Below the pieces are notes generated by a model, which saw only the letters and a program-made list of their open reading frames with translations, had not been told where the DNA came from and searched no databases. From positions 11,624 through 41,623 of the forward strand of contig JBGAIO010000007.1 in NCBI GenBank assembly GCA_044225415.1: 30,000 bases of DNA, given 5' to 3'. Below are positions 1-7,485 of this stretch, one piece after another. The stretch's first letter is position 1; every line of letters starts with the position of its first letter. A program made the position numbers and the translations under genes. The stretch is from Burkholderiaceae bacterium. Lineage in GTDB: Bacteria > Pseudomonadota > Gammaproteobacteria > Burkholderiales > Burkholderiaceae_F.

Positions 1-484
1 AATTGGTAGGGTAGTAACCAATCATCCAGTTGATGGTCTTCACGTCGAGGATGTAGTCGGCCCCCGGATACGCTGTCAGCAATGCCGCTATGTCATCACT
101 GGTTGCGGCCGCTCCTGCCTTTGGCTGCACGACGACGATGGACCGCTTGGCCTGGGCAACCCGAAGCAACTGGTCGCCGATGCCCACCGCGGGGTCCGGA
201 ATATCGTTCTTCTTGATGATCTCGTTACCCTCCGAGATCATGGCCGCCGCTCCGATCAAGCCGAGAGCTGCCTTGCCCGGAGTCATGGCGCCAAAGTCCG
301 CCGTTGCGTAACGCGTGACAGTGACAGTCTTGCTTTGGAGTCGCTCGGACGATTCCTTTGTCATCGGCTTGTGATTTACCGTGACGCAGCCGGAGAGCAA
401 GAAGAAGGCGGTCGTTACGAGCCAGGCCGACATCTTCGCCCGCCCGCTGCGACGCGAGAAATTCTTGTCACTGTAGTTGACCAT
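1..484 (-). CDS. Lipoprotein of unknown function; 3' end lies beyond the left window edge (about 161 codons present)
   Basis: From my own minus-strand translation; it is absent from the ORF track because it runs off the edge. ATG at 484 is preceded by GGGGAGAAA. An internal Met at 433 begins MSAWLVTTAFFLLSGC, a signal peptide plus L-S-G-C lipobox. The frame stays open to position 1. No family recognised. Confidence 0.6.
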   Translation of the reverse strand, partial: MVNYSDKNFSRRSGRAKMSAWLVTTAFFLLSGCVTVNHKPMTKESSERLQSKTVTVTRYATADFGAMTPGKAALGLIGAAAMISEGNEIIKKNDIPDPAVGIGDQLLRVAQAKRSIVVVQPKAGAAATSDDIAALLTAYPGADYILDVKTINWMIGYYPTN

Positions 485-527
485 TTTCTCCCCGGGTTGT
501 TGGCAGCTGACGCTTGTTCTGCGCCGC

Positions 528-568
528 CTGAGCACTGAGTTCTTGTAGCAAAGCTAGCAGTGCTCAGC
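528..568. repeat. Perfect 10-bp inverted repeat CTGAGCACTG-N21-CAGTGCTCAG with an inner TAGC/GCTA stem, upstream of the lipoprotein gene
   Basis: Read directly: 528-537 ctgagcactg, 559-568 cagtgctcag. It lies between the stop of the 613-1215 gene and the start at 484. Function unknown (hairpin or operator). Confidence 0.5.
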
Positions 569-612
569 ATCGAACGTCAACGGTGGAGCAAAGTTGACGC
601 CCCTCAAGAAGC

Positions 613-1215
613 TCAAGTTTCCAGACCTAGTAGCTGCGCAACGGACGCGTGCGAACGAAATCGAGCCAATGCGCCGTCAACGGGTGCTGGAGCAGAACAA
701 TGAGCGGTAACGCAAGCCCCTGGCGAGCTTTGACGAACGTACAAGGAGCGCGACGAAATACGAGCGATCGCGCCTGATCGCCTGCGGCCTGAAACTCGAC
801 GACGCTGTGACCTGTTCGGGATTGAGTACGCAGGAGCGACGCACCGCCGACGCCAAGGAGCGCCCTCTCCAGACGGTAAGTCACGTCGGTTTCCACGAAC
901 TCCGCGCTTGCGCCGGGTACGTCTGTGCGCAACTGGATCTTCCCGCCAGAGAACGGTGACACAGCCCAGAATGGGCTCCTCCAACGGCTGACCCCAATCC
1001 AGCCACGATCGCGCCAACGCCGAACCAGTACCGGTGATGCCAACCTGCGCGAGCGACCAGTTGATGAACGAGGAGCACCAGGACGCCTTGTCGTCATATC
1101 CGGAGATACCGGCATGCTCGTGATACTCGCCAATTCGGGGATGGCTTGAACCATGCGGATGTACGCAGACACCAATCTCCGCGCGCGCGATCTCCAACCA
1201 GGGCGGTGCGTTCAT
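613..1215 (-). pseudogene. TIGR02594 / NlpC-P60 (CHAP-like) cell-wall hydrolase family gene, apparently disrupted after about codon 95
   Basis: ORF track 613..1218 starts at TTG; the first ATG is at 1215. The N-terminal part (PWLEIARAEIG...DDKASWCSSFINW...ARSWLDWGQPL...GCVTVLWRED) matches the family as I recall it, including the catalytic-Cys context. The expected following GHVGF...LGGNQ half is missing in all three minus frames. The remaining codons are Arg/Ser-rich, and third-position G+C falls (hand tally, roughly half versus roughly 70% upstream). A second minus frame (627..1175) stays open across the break. Confidence 0.55.
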
Positions 1216-1335
1216 CAACTACCGGACTCGTCACAGAAGCGAGCGGTTCTTCAATCTATCGCGAAGAGAGAGATCCGGGAAGCGCCCGGTTCGGACCCAT
1301 TCGGCCCAGTGGAGCCACGGCCGGTCATGGCCGAC

Positions 1336-2223
1336 TCAGGCATTACCCAGCGTCTTGGCGAGAAGTCGATTCTCATGCTCCTCGCCCTCCATGCGGAAGT
1401 ACGTGAGGCCATAGTCCTCGTACTTTCGCCGAACATAGAACGCGATGGCCCGGTGATTGTGAACCCAAGGCGTGAGCCAGAGCACCGTCGACCCGTGCGT
1501 AAGGGCCGATGCTTCCGCAGCTGCAAGCAGTCGAGTACCAACGCCCCGCGCGGTGTAAGGTTCCTGCACATACAGCCGGAGTAGTTCCGTTTGGGGTCCG
1601 CCAGGGGCGAGCTCATGCATCGCGCCCAGCGTCAGTTGGGCGAACCCGATCAGGTGATCATCGTGGGCGGCAACCAGGATCCGCACTGCCGGGTCGGACA
1701 AAGCGGTCGTGAACTGCGCCTGCGAGTACGTGGAAGTCACCTCTCGCGCGAGAACCGGACGTATGCCGTCGGTGGCATAGGTGTCGAGGAACACCTGCAT
1801 CGCGAGCACGGACAAAGTCAGATCGTCGCTGCTTCGCGCATCACGAATCTCGATCTGTTCGCTCGAGTTCGGCCCGACGCTCTCATTGAGACCGATGGTG
1901 CATCCGAACGGGTCTACCAGCATGGCCACACGAGCGCCGAATACCGTGACGCGTGGGCCTCGATGCAATGCAGCCCCCTTCCCGACAAGCATGCTCACGG
2001 CGTGGTTGAGATCAGTCACCTCCCAGTAGACCGTTGTTCCCCCGACCCCACCGGGGCACTTCGCATCAGCGGGATGAAAGCCTATGAGCTGTCTTCCAGC
2101 GCGAATGAAAGCGTATCGGTCGTTCTCGTACTCGACGGAAGCGTTGACGATCTCGGCGTACCAGCGCGCAGCTGCCGCAATGTCCGGGACAAACAGAACA
2201 ACCGACTCGATGTTTGTCAGCAT
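1336..2223 (-). CDS. Two-domain protein: N-terminal VOC (glyoxalase/bleomycin-resistance fold) fused to a C-terminal GNAT N-acetyltransferase
   Basis: ORF 1336..2421 trimmed to ATG at 2223 (MLTNIESVVLFVPDI...). The upstream extension overlaps the neighbouring gene and looks non-coding. VOC-like region: IESVVLFVPDIAAAARWYAEI...MLVDPFGCTIGL. GNAT acetyl-CoA motif: LYVQEPYTARGVGTRLLAAAE. Lower GC than the bulk of the window. Confidence 0.75.
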   Translation of the reverse strand: MLTNIESVVLFVPDIAAAARWYAEIVNASVEYENDRYAFIRAGRQLIGFHPADAKCPGGVGGTTVYWEVTDLNHAVSMLVGKGAALHRGPRVTVFGARVAMLVDPFGCTIGLNESVGPNSSEQIEIRDARSSDDLTLSVLAMQVFLDTYATDGIRPVLAREVTSTYSQAQFTTALSDPAVRILVAAHDDHLIGFAQLTLGAMHELAPGGPQTELLRLYVQEPYTARGVGTRLLAAAEASALTHGSTVLWLTPWVHNHRAIAFYVRRKYEDYGLTYFRMEGEEHENRLLAKTLGNA

Positions 2224-2308
2224 CCAAGGCTTCGAAAACTTCAGCGTTGAGGTGATTCTGCCGCCCCGGAAGCTGGATCGCAATTGGCCGATTCGAGTCC
2301 TGAGATGG

Positions 2309-4267
2309 TCACCCTGCTTCGTCAGGCAGGTTGTCGATGGGCAGAGGCTCCAACGCATCGACTGGTGAAAAACTGAAGATGCGGCCGAGGAAATACAACT
2401 CCGCTTCGAGTGCGCGGGCAATGTTGCGCGCGTCGCGAAAACCGTGCTGCTCGCCCTTGAACTCGATGTATGCCACCGGCTGGCCGCGCGCGCGCATAGC
2501 TTCCACTATGCGACGACTCTGCTCGGGCGGCACCGCCTTGTCCTCGTCACCCTGGAACGTGATGAGCGCAGCGTCCATGCTTTCCAGGTGGTGGATCGGG
2601 CTGCGGGCGCGATAGACCGCGCGGCCCTCGGGCAGCGGCGCCACCAGCGTGTCCAGATAGCGGCTCTCGAACTTGTGCGTGTCGGCGGCGAGCATCTCGA
2701 GGTCGGCCACGCCGAAGTAGTTGATGCCCACCGCGAAGCGCCGCGTAAAGGCGAGGCCGGCGAGCACCGTGAAGCCGCCGGCACTTCCGCCGCGGATCGC
2801 CACGCGTGTGCCATCCGCGCGGCCACTCGCAGCGAGGAAGTCGACCGCGGCTACGGCATCCTGCAGGTCGACCACGCCCCACTGCCCGCGCAGGCGCTCC
2901 CTGTACGCACGGCCGAAGCCAGTGGAGCCTCCGTAGTTCACGTTGACCACCGCAAAGCCGCGCGTGGTCCAGTACTGGATGGGCAGCGACAGCGCGCGCG
3001 TGGCATTGGACGTCGGCCCGCCGTGCAGCAGCACGATGAGCGGCGGCCGCACGCCGGCCGGCCCGGTGAAGTGCGGGTTGCACGGCGGGTGGAAGAACGC
3101 GTGTGACTGCCGCGACGCGCCCTCCCGTCCAGGCGCCGTCGGAAAGGCGATTGGCTCCCCACGCGACACGAACTCCGATGCCAGCAGAACCGGGCCTGCG
3201 CGACGCACCATACGATAGGCGCCGTTGGCGAGATCGAACGTGATGAGTGCGCTGGGCCCGTCCGGCGACGAGGCAACCGCAAAGCCAGTGCGCGCGTCGA
3301 GGACACCCACGGAATCGAAAGCAACGAAGGGCAGCACGAGCCAGCGTACAACGCCGGTCGCCAACTCGACGATGCCGAGCCGATGATCGCCTCCCGCGTT
3401 CGCGCGCACCAGCGCGCGGCCATCGCCGGTGAGTGCGTAGGTCGTGAGTCCGAGCACCCAGAGCGGGCCGCCGAGTTCCGCATCGTCGAGAGCGAGCACG
3501 CAGGTCGTGCGGCCCTCGCGCCAGCGATACAGACCCCAGGTCCCCATGCGATCGGACAGAAAGCACAGGCTGCCGTCAGCGTCCCACGCCGGCTCCAGCA
3601 CGGACTCGCCGCCGGCCTCGCCCGCAACAACCACCTGATCGACGAGCCCGGCGCTGGTGATGCGACCCACCACTATGCGCGTGTCGTCCCATGGCATGTT
3701 CGGGTGGTCCCAGGCCATGAACGCGAGCCTGCCATCGCCGCTTGGGCGTGGATGCGCCACGAAATCGCTCGAGGCGAACAGCACTCGGCCGGCAGACGGC
3801 GCGCGCGGATCGAGCGCGACAATGGTGTTGACCGCTTCGCCGAGCCCGGTGTGATCCTCGCGCACGAAGTAGACGACACCGGACGCATCACTCGCACCAT
3901 CGGCATAGCGGTAACCGGTGGGCGTCAGCGCCTTGCCGCCAGGGACTGCATACAGTTGCTGATCATCGAAGCGACTGGCGAGCACCAAGGGCCCCGCCGC
4001 CACATACGGCCGCCCGCCGTACTCATGCACGCGCGTGCGCGCGTTGAACGGTGCGGGCGTGAGATCCGACGGTTCTCCCCCGGGCTCCGCGCACATGAGG
4101 ACGTTGCGCCCCCGCTCGGCGGGCCGCGCTTCGACCCAATACAGCCGGCCCTCCAGCGCGGTGACGTACGACAGGCCCAGTGCAGCCGATCCGAGTGTGG
4201 CTGCACTCAGCGGCGATGACCAGGCGCCGTGGGGCCCGATGGCAGGTGAGGACAATGCAGTGGACAT
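2309..4267 (-). CDS. S9 family serine peptidase (prolyl oligopeptidase / acylaminoacyl-peptidase type): beta-propeller plus alpha/beta hydrolase domain
   Basis: 652-aa ORF with ATG at 4267. Nucleophile motif GGSAGGFTV, and a C-terminal acid/His region (FQGDEDKAVP...GEQHGF) typical of S9 peptidases. Confidence 0.9.
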   Translation of the reverse strand: MSTALSSPAIGPHGAWSSPLSAATLGSAALGLSYVTALEGRLYWVEARPAERGRNVLMCAEPGGEPSDLTPAPFNARTRVHEYGGRPYVAAGPLVLASRFDDQQLYAVPGGKALTPTGYRYADGASDASGVVYFVREDHTGLGEAVNTIVALDPRAPSAGRVLFASSDFVAHPRPSGDGRLAFMAWDHPNMPWDDTRIVVGRITSAGLVDQVVVAGEAGGESVLEPAWDADGSLCFLSDRMGTWGLYRWREGRTTCVLALDDAELGGPLWVLGLTTYALTGDGRALVRANAGGDHRLGIVELATGVVRWLVLPFVAFDSVGVLDARTGFAVASSPDGPSALITFDLANGAYRMVRRAGPVLLASEFVSRGEPIAFPTAPGREGASRQSHAFFHPPCNPHFTGPAGVRPPLIVLLHGGPTSNATRALSLPIQYWTTRGFAVVNVNYGGSTGFGRAYRERLRGQWGVVDLQDAVAAVDFLAASGRADGTRVAIRGGSAGGFTVLAGLAFTRRFAVGINYFGVADLEMLAADTHKFESRYLDTLVAPLPEGRAVYRARSPIHHLESMDAALITFQGDEDKAVPPEQSRRIVEAMRARGQPVAYIEFKGEQHGFRDARNIARALEAELYFLGRIFSFSPVDALEPLPIDNLPDEAG

Positions 4268-4694
4268 CGAGTTGGGCGTAAGGATCGACGAGGTACCTCA
4301 GGCGCCGCTTCGTGCGCCTGCAAACGACAACCGCCTGTCCGTCAGCGCGGGCCAGCGCGTGACGGGCTGCAACAATGAAGATCGATCCTGCACAACGATC
4401 TCGACGCTGAATCCTCGCCGGTGCAGCACATGAGAACTCGCCGGGAAGATCCGCCATTGCCTGCGCCAGGCGCGACGGAAGACGCCCGCTCGTGGCCGTG
4501 ACGACTATCGGAGAGAGTGCGCCACCAGTCCGTCCTGCAGGCAAGCAGCCCCGGCAATTCCGGCTCATCCTGCTTGAACGAGGCCCAATACTCGGCCATC
4601 CATCCGCGGCGCCAGACGACGTGAACGTCTTGCACTGCGGGCAGCCGCTGCTTCCTCGCTGGACTCGCGGCGGGTAAGGACATCCGAAGACTAC

Positions 4695-5708
4695 TCACAC
4701 CACCGACGGCTCCGGCTCCAGCGCCACGCCGAACTGCTGCTGCACGCGCTGCTGCACTTCCTGCGCCAGCGCAAGCAGTTGCGCGCCCGTGGCGCCGCCG
4801 CGATTGACCAGCACCAGCGCCTGCTTCTCGTAGATGGCCGCGGCGCCGCGTGTCGCACCCTTCAATCCGGTCGCTTCGATCAGCCACCCGGCTGCGAGCT
4901 TGCAGCGTCCGCCGCCGATGTCGTAGCTCACCAGTGACGGAAAGCGACCGCGCAGTGCATCGCGCTGTACGCGCGGCACAATTGGATTCTTGAAGAAGCT
5001 GCCGGCGTTGCCGACAATGGCCGGATCGGGCAGCTTGCGGCGCCGGATCGCGACCACCGCATCGAAGACGTTGAGCGGTTGTGGACGCTCGATGCCGCGG
5101 GCGGCGAGTTCGGTCGCCAGTTCCGCATAGCCGACCACCGGCTGCCACGTGCGCGGCAACGCCAGCGTGACGGCCAGCACAATGTAGCGGCCAGGCTCCT
5201 GCTTGAACACGCTGTCACGGTAGCCGAAGCGGCAGTCTTCGATGGTCAGCGTCACGGCTTCGTGTTTGCGGGCGTCCCATGCTTCGGCGGACGCGAAGCG
5301 CTCGGCGAGTTCCACGCCGTAGGCACCGATGTTCTGGATCGGCGCAGCGCCCGCGCTGCCGGGAATCAGCGCGAGGTTCTCCAGCCCCGGCAGCCCCTGC
5401 GCCAGCAGCCGCTCGACCAGGCCATGCCAGTTCTCGCCGGCACCGACGCGGACATGCACTGCGTCCTCGGCCTGCAGGATCTCCACGCCGGGTATCGACA
5501 TCAGCAGCACCAGGCCGTCGAAGTCGCGCGTGAACAGGATATTGCTGCCGCCGCCGAGGACCAGGCGCGGCACGTCACGCCAGCGCGCGTCGCCGAGGAG
5601 CTCGGTCAGGTCGCCAGCCGATGCGATGCGCGCGAGATGCGCGGCGCGCGCCGCCACGCCGAAGGTGTTGTACGGCTGCAGCGAGACGTCGGATTCAATG
5701 ACGGGCAT
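4695..5708 (-). CDS. murB: UDP-N-acetylenolpyruvoylglucosamine reductase
   Basis: ORF 4695..5810 trimmed to ATG at 5708 (MPVIESDVSLQPYNTFGV...). Full-length MurB-like sequence with an FAD-binding N-terminal domain (LGGGSNILF) and IPGSAGAAPIQNIGAYG. Confidence 0.95.
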   Translation of the reverse strand: MPVIESDVSLQPYNTFGVAARAAHLARIASAGDLTELLGDARWRDVPRLVLGGGSNILFTRDFDGLVLLMSIPGVEILQAEDAVHVRVGAGENWHGLVERLLAQGLPGLENLALIPGSAGAAPIQNIGAYGVELAERFASAEAWDARKHEAVTLTIEDCRFGYRDSVFKQEPGRYIVLAVTLALPRTWQPVVGYAELATELAARGIERPQPLNVFDAVVAIRRRKLPDPAIVGNAGSFFKNPIVPRVQRDALRGRFPSLVSYDIGGGRCKLAAGWLIEATGLKGATRGAAAIYEKQALVLVNRGGATGAQLLALAQEVQQRVQQQFGVALEPEPSVV

Positions 5709-5760
5709 GCGAATATTGTAGGGGCACGTACACTGCCTGCCGTCTCTAACGGAGTTCCTC

Positions 5761-6246
5761 ATGCCTTCGTTCGACGCTGTCTGCAAGCCCAACATGGTCG
5801 AAGTGCGCAACGCGCTCGATCAGTCCAACAAGGAGATCGCCAACCGCTTCGACTTCAAGGGGTCGGACGCGCGCATCGAGCTGAAGGAATTCCAGATGAC
5901 CGCCTTCGCAGACGACGAGTTCAAGCTCGGCCAGGTGCGCGACGTGCTGACCGCCAAGCTCGCCAAGCGCGGCGTCGACGTGCGCCTGCTGGAGATCGGC
6001 AAACCGGAAAAGATCGGCGGCGACAAGCAGAAGCAATCCATCACCATCCGCAACGGCATCGACAGCAAGCTCGCCAAGGAGATGGTCGCGCACGTGAAGG
6101 AGAGCAGGCTCAAGGTCACGGCGAGCATCCAGGGCGACACGGTGCGCATCGCGGGCGCGAAGAAGGACACGTTGCAGGAAGCCATCGCGCTGCTGCGCGC
6201 GAAAGTGACCGACGTGCCGCTGACCTTCGAGAATTTCCGCGATTGA
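5761..6246 (+). CDS. yajQ: YajQ family (UPF0234) nucleotide / cyclic-di-GMP-binding protein
   Basis: 161 aa, [35 protein letters not shown]..., characteristic of YajQ. GGAG lies 7 nt upstream. Divergent from murB with a 52-bp spacer. Confidence 0.95.
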   Translation: MPSFDAVCKPNMVEVRNALDQSNKEIANRFDFKGSDARIELKEFQMTAFADDEFKLGQVRDVLTAKLAKRGVDVRLLEIGKPEKIGGDKQKQSITIRNGIDSKLAKEMVAHVKESRLKVTASIQGDTVRIAGAKKDTLQEAIALLRAKVTDVPLTFENFRD

Positions 6247-6425
6247 CGGGTCACTTCGCCGTGCGGCGACCTGGGCTGCTGATCTACGACGAGCGCAGAA
6301 TGGCGACGCGGTCGAGCAATGCCGCCGCTGCAAGAACCAGACGTAGAACGCGACCGGTGGCGGAATGTACACAGGCACTGCTACCATGAATCCGCCTGTC
6401 GTTGTGCCACGCTTAACCTGAAGAC

Positions 6426-6686
6426 ATGATGCCTGCCTGGAAGACTCTGCTGCTTGCCGCCGTACTCGCCAGCCTCTCGACCGCCTGCGGCACACCGGCT
6501 CAACGGTCTGCAGCCAATGCGGACGGCGAGGTGTGCGAACGCGAAGCCACGACCGGATCAATCCGCGTCACCCGGTCTTGCCGCACCGAGGAGCAGGTCA
6601 AGCGTGATCATGAAAGTGCCCAGGACGCGATCGGCACGATGAAGCGGCAGACCTCGGGCGCCATGGGCCCTTCGCCCGGCACCTGA
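6426..6686 (+). CDS. Small secreted protein, probable lipoprotein (86 aa)
   Basis: N-terminal signal peptide MMPAWKTLLLAAVLASLSTAC with a lipobox-like STAC. Third-position G+C is moderately high by hand tally. No family recognised. Its stop abuts the stop of the convergent gene (TGATCA). Confidence 0.6.
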   Translation: MMPAWKTLLLAAVLASLSTACGTPAQRSAANADGEVCEREATTGSIRVTRSCRTEEQVKRDHESAQDAIGTMKRQTSGAMGPSPGT

Positions 6687-7466
6687 TCAGCGCCGGCCCG
6701 CGTCCCGCACGCCCTGCAGCCAGCGATCGTAGAGCCGCTGCGCCACGCGCAGCATGCGCGCCGTCCGCCCTTCAAGCTGCTGCAGCATCTGCGCCGGCGT
6801 CTGTACCGCCGGTCCGCCGGTGCGCAGCCGTTCCGCGTCGCCCTCTTCGGCGGCCTTCGGATCGTCGACCCAGCGCCGCACGAGTTCCGGCGTCATCTCG
6901 ATGTGGAACTGCATGCCGACGTGCGCGAAACCGTCGCGCGGGATGATATAGGCCTGGTTGGCGCACCACGCGCTGCTCAGCAGGCGCCGCGCATCCGGCG
7001 GCAGGTCGAACCCATCCGAGTGCCACTGGAAGAACTCGACCGCGCCAACGTCGTCGCCCAGCCACTCGTGCGCGAGCGCGGCATCGGTCACATCGACGCG
7101 GCCCCAGCCCATCTCGAGGTGCGGAGCGCGCCGCACGTCGCCGCCCAGTGCGCGCGCCAGCAGTTGCCCGCCAAGACAGTGACCGATGACCGGCACTCCG
7201 CGCGCATCGGCATCGCGCAGCAGCGCGAGCTCGGGTTCGAGCCACGTCGGCGCAGCCGCCGGATCACGATCGGTCGCCACGCTCATGTTGCCGCCCAGCG
7301 TGCACAGTCCGGCCACCTCCGCCGCATTCGCGGGCAGCGCGTCGCCGGCGTACATCCGCACGATTTCAAAGGACCGGCCGCGCAGCTCGAGGTACTGCGC
7401 GAAGTTGCCGGGGGCGACGTCGGCCTCGTGCTGGATGATGACGATCTTCTTCACTGCACTGCCCAC
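6687..7466 (-). CDS. Class I (type 1) glutamine amidotransferase-like protein
   Basis: 259 aa. KKIVIIQHE..., nucleophile elbow VIGHCLGGQLLA, and QFHIE (His-Glu of the triad). GTG start at 7466; an alternative GTG is at 7454. Lies 19 nt downstream of the dxs stop on the same strand. Confidence 0.85.
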   Translation of the reverse strand: MGSAVKKIVIIQHEADVAPGNFAQYLELRGRSFEIVRMYAGDALPANAAEVAGLCTLGGNMSVATDRDPAAAPTWLEPELALLRDADARGVPVIGHCLGGQLLARALGGDVRRAPHLEMGWGRVDVTDAALAHEWLGDDVGAVEFFQWHSDGFDLPPDARRLLSSAWCANQAYIIPRDGFAHVGMQFHIEMTPELVRRWVDDPKAAEEGDAERLRTGGPAVQTPAQMLQQLEGRTARMLRVAQRLYDRWLQGVRDAGRR

Positions 7467-7485
7467 GCGGCGCGGGCGTCAGAGT

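Noticed and set aside
882-893. HVGF tetrapeptide on the plus strand next to the break in the TIGR02594-like gene, suggesting the missing C-terminal half (GHVGF motif) might have been inverted
   Set aside because: The flanking plus-strand translation (AKERPLQTVSHVGFHELRACAGYVCAQLDLP) shows no other resemblance to the family: no preceding hydrophobic strand and no LGGNQ. The plus-strand frame also has an in-frame TAA at 708. I treat it as coincidence, though BLASTX would settle it.
4268-4694. Idea that the murB-peptidase gap is a decayed DUF488-type gene (VLMC...; RGFSVEIV fragments)
   Set aside because: The resemblance rests on 3-5 residue snippets in three different frames. I cannot align it convincingly by eye. 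It is kept only as a generic possible gene remnant in the findings.
6247-6425. Small hydrophobic minus-strand ORF (MVAVPVYIPPPVAFYVWFLQRR...) and a weak hairpin TCGCCG-tg-CGGCGA after yajQ
   Set aside because: The ORF is the start of a 271-aa antisense ORF running through yajQ, with only background third-position G+C. The hairpin has a 2-nt loop and no T-tract.
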